The notes under the pieces: model-generated
Seen by the model: only the letters and a program-made list of their open reading frames with translations
Told to the model about the DNA's origin: nothing
The model's database searches: none
Position numbers and translations under genes: made by a program
NCBI RefSeq assembly: GCF_006345805.1
Contig: NC_042997.1
Location: 59,458,001-59,522,000, forward strand
Source: Octopus sinensis
Lineage: Eukaryota
Direction of reading: 5' to 3'
Length of the DNA: 64,000 nt
Part shown: positions 39,840-52,272 of the stretch, in pieces
Layout of the letters: every line of letters begins with the position of its first letter
Numbering within the stretch: position 1 is the first letter of the stretch

Positions 39840-40590
39840 GAGAATCATTTGTGTGTCAGAGAAAATACTTAGTGGCATTTCTTCTCGCTCTTTATGTTCT
39901 GTGCTCAAATCCTGCTAAAGACAACTTTGCTTGCCATTCTTTTGGGGTTGATAAATTAAAGTGCCAGTTCAGTACTGGGGTTGATGTAACTGACTTCACT
40001 TCTCCTCCAAAATTCTCTGGCCTTACACCAGAGCTTGAAATCATTATTCTTTTTTTCTTATTTTCTTTAGTATTATTATTATTCAGGTGGTGAGCTGGCA
40101 GAATTGTTAGCACACCGAACAAAATGCTTAGCAACACTTCATCCATTTTGAGTTTAAATGCCACTGAGGTTGCCTTTGCCTTTCAATCCTTCCAGGTTGA
40201 TGAAATAGGTGCCAACTGAGCACTGGGGGAAATGTAATCAACAAGCCCCTCCCACCAAATTTCATACCTTGAGCTTAAAAGTAGAAAGGATTATTATTAT
40301 TAAGGCAGTGAGCGAGCAGAACTATTAGAATACCAGATAAAATGCTTGGCATTCCATCTGTCTCATGTTCTGAGCTCAAATTCTACCAAGGTTGACTTTG
40401 TTTTCCATCCTTCTAGGGTTGATAAAATAAAAACCAGTCAAGGACTGCAGTTGATGTAATCAACTTCCTCCTCCTCTAAAAAAACTACTGGCTCTGCCAA
40501 AATTTGAAAGCATCTTGTCCTTACATGTTTTTTGATTAATGTTAGTCCTTGCGGCCAATAAAACCAGAATTTATTATTATTATTATTATT
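39840..40590 (+). mobile_element. Three head-to-tail SINE B2 copies
   Basis: Cores at ~39910, ~40160 and ~40390, each ending in (ATT)n. Confidence 0.7.
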
Positions 40591-42425
40591 AATATTATCA
40601 TTATGGAAGGCAATGACTATGTTTGAGCTTGAACTCTTTTATTAAGGATTTTTCATTTTTCTTTATTAATCCTTTATGTTCATTTCGAAACATAAGCATT
40701 CTTATAGTCATTAATTCATGAATGTCTTAAAATTATCTCAGCTGATGCTCAAAATGAAATGATAATAAAATGAATGGTGTGTTTTTGCACTCTTTGCATT
40801 GGATCAAAAGGATCATGCGTGAGAGCTGGTAATTTTTCATTTAGTCAATGCAGGATTTTAAAATTATGCAATGGTTAAGTCTAGTTGTTATAATTAATTC
40901 GTTTTCTATCTGTGTTGATTTTTGGTTTATATTTTTCTACTGGCAATGACACTCTTCTCATTTCTTATGGAATTCTATATAGAATTGTTGTGCTCTTGGA
41001 TTTGTTTTTCTTTTGATTTTTGTTACATATGTTGTATTCTAATGCATCGCAACAACTCCTTTTTGTAAATGCTCAGTCAAATGATAGACAAGTGTTGTAC
41101 TTGTATGACCAATATAGCAGTTTTATTAATGAAGTTTATAACCTTCATGTTTACATTAGAATTTAAGTATTACACTGGTAGTTTGAAGTATGTTCTGTAT
41201 TTAATTAGTTTGTGGTTTAGTGTTAATGAGGTTTTTCAGTCTCGTATTTCTGTAATATTTTTGAGACTAAGTTTGTGTTAGAAAATAGTGCGATACATGC
41301 GTTTTAATTGTGCTCATTCATTCCATACCCAGGGTGCATTTGGTTATTGTAGTACATGAAATGCATCATATGGGTATTTTTATTGGCCAGTAGGTTTTGT
41401 TTTTGTATTGTTCTATGGTGTGGTCTACTAATTAACTGGGATACCCACTGTTATTCTTTTATTCTTTTATGTTTCAACCTTGAGGCTGCAGCCTTGCTGG
41501 GGCAGTTCTATATGCAGTAATTCTTATTTAGAGCTACTTAGGTTGATGAACATTTAAAAGCTCAAACAAGGGGATTTGTTTATGGATATTTTATATCTAT
41601 ATGGACACTTCTTATTTGCATATATGTAAAGGCATTTGTTCAGTTTTAGTAAATATAGAGGTGCTGTGTTTTCTTTTTCTTATTCCTGTATTTATATACA
41701 AGAATGGGGTGGTTGAATTACATTTACTTTTAGCATGCTGGAGGAGAATAATGTTGCCAAACAAATTTTCTCCCCTTTCAATGCAACACAGTGAGCCTGC
41801 AGCTACAGGGAGAAAACCCCATGGCAACATAATGCACCTAAGCATGTAAAAAGTTAAAACTATGGTGGATTGTGAAAGTATAGACTTCTTTTCCAGATAA
41901 TCTTTAAGACTAATGGTCCTGTCAACATACTCATTAAGGATAGTATGACTGTACTTGGAAACAACAGTGTTTTCTACTTTGTTTGACATTTAGAAATCTG
42001 CAAATGTGGCCCAAGTGGGAAATCCACATCCACTCCGTCCTTCTAGATATGTTCCTTGCTAGAGTATGTTTTTTGTGTCAGATGTGTATATAGGTTGTCT
42101 ATTAGTATGTTGATTGCTTCATCATCAGAACATTTGTAATGAACTTTCAATGACCATGGAAGAAATGCCCAAGATATCTGCTTAATGTAAAGTTTCAAGG
42201 AATTCATCAGTCAATTTTATGATGTAAAGCACTGGTATACGTGTGTGTTTGTGTGTGTGTGTGTGTTCATGTACATTGGCATTAGGAAAGGTCTCCAGCC
42301 ATAGAAACCATGCCAAAGTGCACAGTTGAGCTAGATACAGATTTGCCAACCTGTGCCAAACCTTCCTACCTATGTCAGCATGGAAGGATGATGTTAAATG
42401 TTGATGATGATATACATATATATAC

Positions 42426-42458
<33 letters not shown>

Positions 42459-42499
42459 AGTAAGAGAGACGATTGCACTGGTAATGCATATTGATGATG

Positions 42500-42720
42500 G
42501 CAATTAAGCAAAGAAATATCAGGAGATATCAGTGAAAGGAAATTGTAGAACAGGTAGTCCAAGGGAGACATAGGCAGAAGTAGTGAAAATTAATCTCAGG
42601 ATACTGAACCTCACAAAGGAAATGACAAAAGACTGCAACAAGTTGCAAGACACTGAGTTGGAGAAAACCCAACCAATCCTTGCAAGCATAGAAAAATGCA
42701 AGTACTAAAATGATAAAGGC
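42500..42720 (+). mobile_element. RTE ORF2 3' end with short 3'UTR
   Basis: GNCRTGSPRET*AEVVKINLRILNLTKEMTKD followed directly by a CCAACCAATCCTTGCAAGCATAGAAAA tail. Confidence 0.6.
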
Positions 42721-43419
42721 AATTATGATGGCATCAATGAGAATGATATGTTTGTATACATTATGGCATCAAAATGGTAGTGTTGTTAGAACCTAGGATA
42801 TAATGCCTTAACTCATTTGTCCTGTCTCTTTACCCAAATTCCACCTAGGTCAATTTTACCTTTCATCCTTTCGGAGTCAATAAAAATGTACCAGCAGATT
42901 GGTTGTATGCTAGAGTGTCAGGTGATATGCTGCGTGGTTATCTGTTTTTGTTTTGTATAATCGAAATTCAAATTCTGTTTCTTGCTACCAGGAAAAGATA
43001 AAGAGTCTTTTAGGACCCATCAAAAACTTTGCTGCACTTGGAAAGTCATTTAAACAAGTGACCAACATTTCTGCTACTCACTATCATAGCCAATACAGCA
43101 GATGACAGGAGAAAATACAAAAGAACATTCAAGTCCTGTGCAATTTCTCTCACTGTTTTTTTTTACTTTCTATAAATGATGGGACTCTCCTGTCAATTTT
43201 GATCAATGATCCAACCACTCAGGCAAGCATCTAGAGTTTGTGTCTTCGGTGAGAGATCAAAACAACTTAACAAAACCACAGCTCTAACAAATTGCAGAGC
43301 AAATGAGGCAAAGAGTAACATGTTGGATTCATATTTTCCTTTACCCTTGTTCATTGTTAATTTATGTAACACTGAAGACTCAAGATCTTTTTTAAAATTG
43401 TGGCATAATTTTTTCTATA

Positions 43420-44700
43420 ATTTGTAATCCTGCCACCATTCTTTCAAAGTATGTTATGGATACATTTGAAGTAGATAAATTTGATCTCAGATTATCTATG
43501 TATCTTAGGAATGGTCTCCTAAGCATTTCATAAAATTCAAATTTTATGACTGATCTGACTAAGTTGATACTGGATAATAAAAGCTTTAATACCTGTTATG
43601 CCACATTTGAAAAGATCAACATGACCAATTCTCTCCTTCCACTAATATCCAAAGATATTATGCAAATAATGTTTGTAGAAAATGTAACTGTACTATATGT
43701 GACCGATAAGGGATCTACCTGTAAGAAGTTCAAGCTTCAATTCTACAGAGCAAAGTGAAAGGGCTACAGTTTGATACACATAGCTTTTGTTTCCAGAGTA
43801 AAACCTCTCTCATTCAAGATGGAATGCTGCAATTCATTAAAGTAATTAGTTAGTCTGGATAACCTATTAATGATCTCATCATCCCAAGAAGCACTTACAT
43901 TACTGCTACTCTCCAAATAAGGAAAAAATATTACATATTTTAGATCATAATATCAACTTGTATGTGATTTGTTAAAAGAGTAAAAGCAGGATAGGTGAGT
44001 TTTTCTTCCTTCTTTTGTTTAGGAGTAGTCTTGGGTTGGTGAATAACTTCCATTTTCTTTAAGCTTATGGTGAAAACAAAAGCTTTAGCAAGAGGCATTC
44101 CACAATAAACTGAGGTTGCAACAAGTGCAGTATCCTCAACAAAAAGCATGGCAAGAACATGCTTTTTGTCTTGTTCAGTGCATTTGCTTTGAATCATCAG
44201 AAGTTAGACAATCCTCTACTAAGATGAGAAATGTCTTTGACTCTCCTGACCAAATCTTTGAAGGCATAAGCAAGCATAACTGAGAAATGAAGAGCAAACA
44301 ATACAGGAGCTAACAAACAGCCTTGCTAGGTGCTATTACTGACGTCAAAGGACTCAGAGGATTCACTAGCTGGAATGACTGTTGTCCTCATGCTCTTATG
44401 AAGGAAAATAATTATATTTAGCATGTAATTAAGTACTCTGATTTTCTTTTCAGAGAGTCTCCAAATTTACCATATAAAAGCCTTGGTAAAATCCACAAAT
44501 ACAATGTAAAATCCCAAATTTCTCTGCTGTACATTTCCTGCAACCTGCCTTAAGCAGCATATCATGTCAATTCTTCATCTGTACAACCTAAAGACCCTCA
44601 GAATTCAGAGTAAATCCAGGTTTACAGGATGCGTAATCAGTTTCTTCTAGATAAGACAGCCCAAGTTCTTATTGGCAATAGAAAGAAGGGAAATGCTATA
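43420..44700 (-). mobile_element. Old RTE (BovB-like) LINE relic
   Basis: LFVEDTALVATS...FTISLKKMEVIHQP plus decayed upstream RT and downstream segments. Confidence 0.7.
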
Positions 44701-45482
44701 ATGGTTGATGCAAATTACTTTGTTGCCTTTGTTTTGGTATATGTTTGTTAGAAGCATCTTATATATTTATGTGTGTATAAGGTTTGTGTATGTATTTACA
44801 TGTACACATAATCACACACACCATCACACCATATGTATATCTGTGAATGTGTGGTATGCAAATATTTATGATATGTTTCAAGTCTCTCTAAATGGGGAAA
44901 TATGTATATTAGAGATATAAAATGTATTAAGCTGTGTTTGTGTATATGCTAGTGTTTATGTATCTGTACACGTGTGCACATATGTGTTATTGTATGAGTG
45001 TGCTTGTTTATGTGCCAGTGCTTTGGGGAAGGAAGATGAGAGCTGACAATTACAGCACTAATGGTGGGTGGTTGCTAATTCTAGAATTCAGCCTTGCTCT
45101 ATTATCTCCTCTAGTAGAGGGGCTTGGTTAGGTGAGTGAGGAAAAGAAGAGAAGGGATGAGGATGAGGAGGAGGAACAAAATCACATGGATACTACATAT
45201 GCTTTTTATTGTAAGTTACACCACCAACGGTTTAAGCTTCAGTTTTGTGCATGCGTGTACATGGTGGGAAGGTAGGGTTGCAGTTTATAACATAAATGCA
45301 CACACACACGTTCACATAGAATGCATCTAACTCTAAGTGTGAATGACACCATCCAGCTCAGTTTCAAATCTTGATGAAGTAATGAACTTCTGGTTTCCTA
45401 CTTGTACTTTTATGAAAACCATAAACAATATAATTAAAACAGAGGTATTGTAGAACTGGTGGGTGTGGGATGTGGTGTGCAT

Positions 45483-45747
45483 TGTTATATATATATACAT
45501 GCATACATGTGTGTATATATATATACATACATACATACATATGTGTGTATATATATATATATACATACATATGTGTGTATATATATATATATACATACAT
45601 ATGTGTGTATGTATATATATATACATACATATGTGTGTATATATATATATGCATACATATGTGTGTATATATATATATACATACATATGTGTTGTATATA
45701 TATATATACATACATAGTGTGTATATATATATATACATACATATGTG
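45483..45747. repeat. ~30-bp TA/TG minisatellite running into the gap
   Basis: CATATGTGTGTATATATATATATATACATA units. Confidence 0.9.
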
Positions 45748-45847
45748 NNNNNNNNNNNNNNNNNNNNNNNNNNNNNNNNNNNNNNNNNNNNNNNNNNNNN
45801 NNNNNNNNNNNNNNNNNNNNNNNNNNNNNNNNNNNNNNNNNNNNNNN
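45748..45847. other. Assembly gap (100 N)
   Basis: Run of N. Confidence 1.
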
Positions 45848-46253
45848 AGTCAAAGGGTTATAGCTATTTCTTCTACTAAAAAGGGAGATCTCAGTAAAAA
45901 CAGCATTTGGAAGGCAGACACAAACAGGTAAGAGAGAATGAATTGACTGCAATCTATCATACATTTTTTTAACTAAAAAAATGTATGATAGATTGCAGTC
46001 AATTCATTCTCTCTTACCTGTTTGTGTCTGCCTTCCAATGCTGTTTTTACTGAGATCTCCCTTTTTAGTAGAAGAAATAGCTATAACCCTTTGACTGCTA
46101 TTTCTAAATTCGGTATGTGGTAAGGCAACTCGTTGCTAAACCCTTATTGCTTAGTATTACTTAAATTTTCCTCGAATGAGGCTTTTACATGCCGAAGACT
46201 ACTTGGTGTAATTGATAATTTTTCCAAATTAATTAATTTCACCCTTCATTATT

Positions 46254-46294
<41 letters not shown>

Positions 46295-46298
46295 TATA

Positions 46299-47010
46299 AG
46301 TTAGATATGTTTCAACCAAAGATTGGTCCAAGCTATGTCTAACTTAATAGCACAACCTGTTAGTATTATCTAAATCCTTTTTAAGTCAAGTTTTGTGGTA
46401 TCATGGTCCATTCAAGTAGTGAGTTTTTGTTGAGTGAGTTGTATCCAGGTATAGGTGGTTTATCTGGTATTCCTTGAAGGAATCTATCCAGACTCCGTTT
46501 AAAGTTGATGGGATCCTTTTCCTCTTTGATCAGTTTTGGGACAATGTTAAACAGGGCAGGGCCTGTTGAGGAAAAGAAATTGTGTTGCAGTGTACCTATA
46601 TGCTGTGGTCCTGAATTGGGCAGGGCACGTATGGCCCATGGTTTCAGCCTTGAATCTTGAAGTGTTTGGGCAATATTGGTAGTATATTCTCCACATTGCA
46701 CAAATGATGTACTGCTTGCGGCAGCGCTGGAGAGAGTAGAGTTTCAAGGCTTTAAGGCAGTCCCAGTAATTGAGATCAGTCATGCCTTTAATTTGTTTAG
46801 TGAATGCCCTCTGGGGTGATTCAATTTTCAAGATGTTTAGTTTTGTATGGGGAGACCACAGGGGGCAGCAGTATTCGAGGTGTGGCTGTACAAAGAAGGA
46901 GAAAAGTGGAATGATGACACCTTGTTCTCAGGACCGGAAGGTTCTTAAAATCCAGGAGCTCATCTTCCACAGTATAGTTTGTTCTAACAGACCATCCATG
47001 TTTAAGTGGT
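46299..47010 (-). mobile_element. CR1-clade LINE 3' end with terminal stem-loop and (TA)n
   Basis: FVQPHLEYCCPLWSPH...IESPQRAFTKQIKG..L.YWDCLKALKLYSLQR...GPALFNIVPK...FKRSLDRFLQGIPDKP; imperfect hairpin at 46299-46344. Confidence 0.85.
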
Positions 47011-47962
47011 GATAAATGTTACCCCTCAGCATTAATACTGACCCTGTTGCTAATATATATTTTATATCTAGTTAATGTTAATTTTCCTGCCAATTGGACA
47101 AAAGAATGAATTGTATTTATTTTGTAACATCTCAGATAAAATAACGTAATAACTAAAAGTGATGTAAAATGCCTTCTAAGACATAAGAAGGAACGATGCT
47201 GCATTCTGATTTCTTGATATTAAATGGATGAGAGAAAAGTGCTTTTTTAGATAGGAATCAGTTTATCTCAAGTGTCTGAGCAAAATAATTTTGGAGATGT
47301 TGACATACTTCACAAAGAGATAGAAATACCTAAAGTGGGCTTGAATTCAAGAACAAAACTTTTATATAAATGTGCCGTCCAATACTATATGAAAGCCTTT
47401 CATTTCACTTCTGCCTCACTGGTTAAAACACATCAGTAAAATAGAAATATTATGTGGTTAGTATAGCTTACAGTGCTAGAATGACAATTAGTCATGGTCT
47501 ACAAAAGAAAGTATTCAAAACATTTTGTTGTATCTTGGGAGGGCCATTGTGTCAATGATAAACACACACACATACTGGTTCTATTTCACTTCTTTAATTA
47601 TTATCTGTCAAGTAGTTCATCATTAAACCAATTAACTAATTGGCTGCTTGATTAACCATTCAATAAATCAGTTAAGAAATTAATTAATCAATCAACTAGC
47701 ATAATGACCTTTTTGAGATACAACAAAATCTGTTTCAACACATGAGTTCAATCTTGCAAACCAAAGGCAAAAATGAAATATCCAAAACATGCTGCACAAT
47801 AAAAGTTTTGTTCATGAATTCAAGTCCTCTATAAGTATTTCTATCTATTTGTAAAGTATAGTTGATTCAATACCTCCAAAATTATTTTCCTCAGTCACTT
47901 GAGATTAACTAATTCCTATCTAAAAAAACACTTTTCTCTCATCCTTAATAACTCCTTTGGGA

Positions 47963-48002
<40 letters not shown>

Positions 48003-48711
48003 AACTGTCTAGGACTCTGGGTCTTTAGATTTGTTTGTATCACATTTTTCAATTTACCAAATCCTCATAGATTAGAAACAGTCCATGCCTCCCTGTATTC
48101 CTTTCCACCATTTCTCTCTCCCTCCCTCCCTCCTCTTTCTCTCTCTCACACACACACACGAGCCCAAGAAAAAAAAAGAAAACAGAATGCAAGAAAACTG
48201 TGTTAATCAACTCAGTCAAGGAACAAGATGTTAGTTTAACAATTAGAAACAATTTTGCACTCCCCCACATTGAAAAGCTGACCAACATGTTTGACCAGCA
48301 TCAGGTTATCATGAGCAAATAAATGAGAGATTATCTCTTTGATGTCAACATAACAGGTTTATACGATAAACAACAGTTTTATACAGGAAAGTAGTAGACA
48401 GGGTACTTAAGTAAATCTTTATTTTGTGCTTTTTAAATTTGTTTGTTTGATTATTCATCTTGATCTTTTATGTTTTACTTGTTTCAGTCATTGGACTACG
48501 GTCATGCTGGGGCACTGCACTAAAGGGTTTAGTCAAACGAATTGAGACCAATACTTATCTTTAAACTTGGTATTTGTTCTATTGGTCTCTTTTGCTGACC
48601 CACTAAGGAATGGGAACACAAAGAAACCAATACTGGTTGTCAAGTGGTGGTGGGGCACAAACACACACACACAACGACAACGATGATGATAACAACAACA
48701 ACAACAACAAC

Positions 48712-49142
48712 AGTTTCTTGCTTGGTGATGTGAGGTTTGGGAAGGTTTTTATAACATGTCTTGTGTCTCCAAGCAATCTTGAGGCTTTTAGCACATGTTC
48801 TACTCAATTTACAAATCAGGATGTTGGTACAAGAGAAATCAGAAGAAAAAAGAAGAAGGTAAATGCAAAGATTGTGTTTTCATTCACCCTTCCACTTTTT
48901 GAATCCACTTTTTTCTCAAATTTATATTGTGATTTCCCTTGTACCAGCATTCTGATTTACAAATTGAATAAAAACCTTTTTATTCACCCTTCCACTTTTT
49001 GCCTCTACCTTCTTGTTTTCTCTTGTACCAATGTCCTGATTCGCAAACTGAATAGACCAAGTGCTCAAAGCCTGAGAATTGCTTGGAGACACAAGCCATG
49101 TTATAAAAACCTGTCTAGACCCACATCACCAAGCAAAAAATT
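48712..49142. mobile_element. Fold-back/MITE-like element with ~130-bp imperfect inverted arms
   Basis: 48712-48840 is reverse-complementary to 49017-49142; internal direct duplication ATTCACCCTTCCACTTTTTG. Confidence 0.55.
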
Positions 49143-49944
49143 AGCTCATATCATTATACTATGTACATTAAATATTTATCTCTCACTGCATGGAGTCCTT
49201 TTTTTGTTGATCTTACATTTAAACAGTAAACTACATATATATATTAAACCCTGCACGACTTCTATACACACTGTCTTTCCTACCCGCCATTGCTTCTTCA
49301 CCAAACTTTTTGGCGCCCTCCGATTCTTCCCCTCTCTTCCTCCCATCCTCCTCCCCTCTTCCTCCCATCCTCCTTAATCCCTTCTTTCTCCTTTTCTCTT
49401 GGTCACTGATTCTGTCCCCTGCCTTCCACCCTCTTTGATTCCCTCTCTCTCTGTCTCTCTTTCTCTCTCTCTCCTGCGACCTGCTGCTTCTGAAACCCTT
49501 CTGTTGGCCTTCGTATCTCGACCAACATGTGTCCCCGCTACCGAAACGGTAATTATTTCTACGCCAGCTATGTTGTTGTTGTTGTTTTTGTCTCATTTGG
49601 TCTAAAGTCGTATGACAACCACCGTTATATATATTTTGTTTATTCATTACTGTTTTCAATTTCGTTTTCGTCTCTTGTATTCACATCCGTCTTGTGCGTT
49701 CACATTCCTGTCTTCTACCAAGAAATCTAATGCTTACAGCTTAGTTTTTTTTCTTGGGGCTGGCCGAGTTGGAGCAAATATCAGAATTAAACAGCCGAAA
49801 TTTGCTATGATGATTCGGTGTCTGACTGAAGATTGAAGGCTTCGAATGATTTGTCTGTGTTCCGTGTTCGTCCCTTCCTGTATTTCACGTTCATTATATA
49901 TAAAAACATTCATTCTTATATATATATATATATATATATATATA

Positions 49945-50905
49945 CTAGCAGTATCGCCCGGCGTTGCTCGGGTTTGTAAGGGAAATAACTATATAAGCAT
50001 TTTTAGAGAGTTATAGCCAAAAAATAGGAAAAAAATGCATTAAAAATGGAAAAAAAATTAAGGTAAATTTTTTTTTAAATCGTTGACTCATCGTAGACAT
50101 TTTTAGAGAGTTACTTCCCGTATATAATAGTGAAAAAAATGCATTAAAATGGAAAAAAATTATGGTAAATTATTTTAAAATTTTGTTCAAACATCGCTAT
50201 AGAAAATGGGTTATTAGCTAATATTCAATTGGGTATACAACAAAATTTTACGATAGAATTTGTTATTCTGGGTAACTTTCTGATACCCATAATAATATTT
50301 ATGGCAAAATAGGCCTTAATTTCATTTAAGGTTGTGGGAAATAACAAACTATCCTTTCTTTCGTTTTGTTTACATTTTAGCGTAACAGTTCGTTTCCGCC
50401 GTAATGATTTCAAATAGGCTCATTCGAAAAAGTAAAAAGAAATAGTTTAAGGCTTTACTCTCCTGGGAAAGTCTGTGGCTTGGTGCAGTTTCTTCAGAAA
50501 AATCACCGAAAGAAACAGTTTTTAAATTTTCACTCCATTCAGGTGCCAATTCATTTTCTTAATCGCTGTCGGATTCACTGTTTTCTCTTTAATCGTTGCA
50601 AACTTGCAAAGAGAAAGGAGAAATGAGGGTGATAGCGTCAGTGAAACAGTTTGCTCCGTTTGTGTGTGTGTGCATATGCGTGTGCTGTAGCCCACACTAA
50701 GAAAAGCATTTGACATATACACCACAATGTGAGTTTTCTCTAAATTTTGCTTAATTGGGGTTGAAATTTTAAAAACTGGACCTGGCACGACCCGATGCAT
50801 TCTACTCTTAAAAATGCTAGGTAAATTGTAATTGAAGAAATCCTATATTGTAGATTTCTATAAGATACAAAGGGAGGCAGATAAAATCTGCCTTTTATAA
50901 TAAGA
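49945..50905 (-). mobile_element. Non-autonomous Helitron, downstream unit of tandem dimer
   Basis: 5' TC at 50905-50904; 3' hairpin + CTAG|T at 49945. Confidence 0.9.
50168..50580 (-). pseudogene. Captured piggyBac transposase N-terminal fragment
   Basis: PEWSENL...LNYFFLLF..LFEIITAETNCYAK / FPTTLNEIKAYFAINIIMGIRKLPRI / PFSIAM..FEQILK across frameshifts. Confidence 0.75.
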
Positions 50906-51918
50906 CTAGCAGTATCGCCCGGCGTTGCTCGGGTTGTAAGGGAAATAACTATATAAGCATTTTTAGAGAGTTATAGCCAAAAAGTAGCAAAAAAATGCAT
51001 TAAAAATTGAAAAAAAATTAAGGTAAATTTTTCTTTAAATCGTTGACACATCGTAGATATTTTTAGAGAGTTACTTCCCTTATATAAAAGCGAAAAAATG
51101 CATTAAAATGGAAAAATATGATGGTAATTTTTTTTTAAATCGTAGACTCATGCTAATACCCAGAAGGGCTCGTTTGTTATTCTGGGTAACTTTCTGTAAA
51201 ATTATTAAAATTTTGTTCAAACATCGCTATAGAAAATGGGTTATTAGCTAATATTCAATTGGGTATACAACAAAATTTTACGATAGAATTTGTTATTCTG
51301 GGTAACTTTCTGGGTAACCCATAATAATATTTATGGCAAAATAGGCCTTAATTTCATTTAAGGTTGTGGGAAATAACCAACTATCCTTTCTTTCGGTTTG
51401 TTTACGTTTAGCGTAATGATTTCAAATAGGCTCATTCGAAAAAGTAAATAGAAATAGTCTAAGGCTTTACTCTTCTGGGAAAGTCTGTGGCTTGGTCCAG
51501 TTTCTTCAGAAAACTCACCGAAAGAAACAGTTTTTTAATATTCACTCCATTCAGGTACCAATTCGTTTTCTTTATCGCTGTCGGATTCACTGTTTTCACT
51601 TTAATAGCTGCAAACTTGCAAAGACAAAGGAGGAGAAGGGTGATAGCGTCAGTGAAACAATTCGCTCCCTTTGTTTGTGTGTGTGTTTGCGTGTGGTGAA
51701 AACCAGACTAAGAAAAGCATTTGACACACACACCAGAATGTAAGTTTTCTGTAAATTTTGCTTAATTGGAGTTTAAATTTTAAAAACTGGACCTGGCATG
51801 ACGCGATGCATTGTACTCTTAAAATTGCTAGGTAAATTGTAATTGAAGAAATCCTATATTGTAGATTTGTATAACTCCCAAAGGGAGGCAGATAAAATCT
51901 GCCTTTTATAATAAGAGA
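50906..51918 (-). mobile_element. Non-autonomous Helitron, upstream unit of tandem dimer
   Basis: A|TC at 51918, hairpin AGGCAGATTTTATCTGCCT near the 5' end, 3' hairpin + CTAG at 50906; carries a second piggyBac fragment at ~51200-51595. Confidence 0.9.
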
Positions 51919-51931
51919 TATATATATATAT

Positions 51932-52218
51932 CAGCAATACCCCTTCAGTCATGAATGACCATGGGATTGCACCTAGAAAGTTAACCTCCAAGGCACAAGT
52001 CTGGGCAAGGTTGTTTATGGAAGACCAGCAGTCGCCCATGCATACCAGCATCCCCTCTCCACGCCACTGATGTAATCCAAGGGAAAGGCAAAGGCCATTA
52101 CAGCTTGACACCAGTGATGTCACAACTCATTTCCACAGTTGAGTTAACTGGAGCAATGTGAAATAAAGTGTCTTGCTCAAGAACACAACAAACAGCCCGG
52201 TACAGGATTCAAACTCCC
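51932..52218 (-). mobile_element. tRNA-derived SINE family F, A-box missing
   Basis: Minus strand GGGAGTTTGAATCC (B-box)...TTCTTGAGCAAGACACTT...CTAGGTGCAATCCCATGGTCATTCATGACTGAAGGGG. Confidence 0.7.
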
Positions 52219-52227
52219 AACGTGATA

Positions 52228-52272
52228 CACACAGACCCGGGTTTCTGAGTAGTAACCCATCATCAGCATGTG
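52228..52272 (-). ncRNA. Core-intact minimal type-I hammerhead ribozyme
   Basis: Minus: CACATG-CTGATGA-TGGGT/tact/ACTCA-GAAAC-CCGG-GTC-TGTGTG; all three stems pair and the GUC site is present. Confidence 0.85.

Noticed and set aside
45848-46096. Near-perfect ~123-bp-arm palindrome
   Set aside because: It starts exactly at the contig edge after the N gap and has almost no spacer, so it is most likely a fold-back assembly artefact.
46171-46200. CGAATGA-GGC..GCC-GAAG motif
   Set aside because: Both halves of the hammerhead core deviate and there is no stem I or III support.
48610-49377. Longest ORF in the track (255 aa)
   Set aside because: It reads through a SINE tail, (AAC)n and a fold-back element, with no protein signature.
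49480-49860. Partial hammerhead-like motifs (TACCGAAACGGTA; GGCTG...CAGCCGAAA; CTGAAGA) in a pLTR-like region
   Set aside because: The pieces cannot be assembled into one core with three stems.
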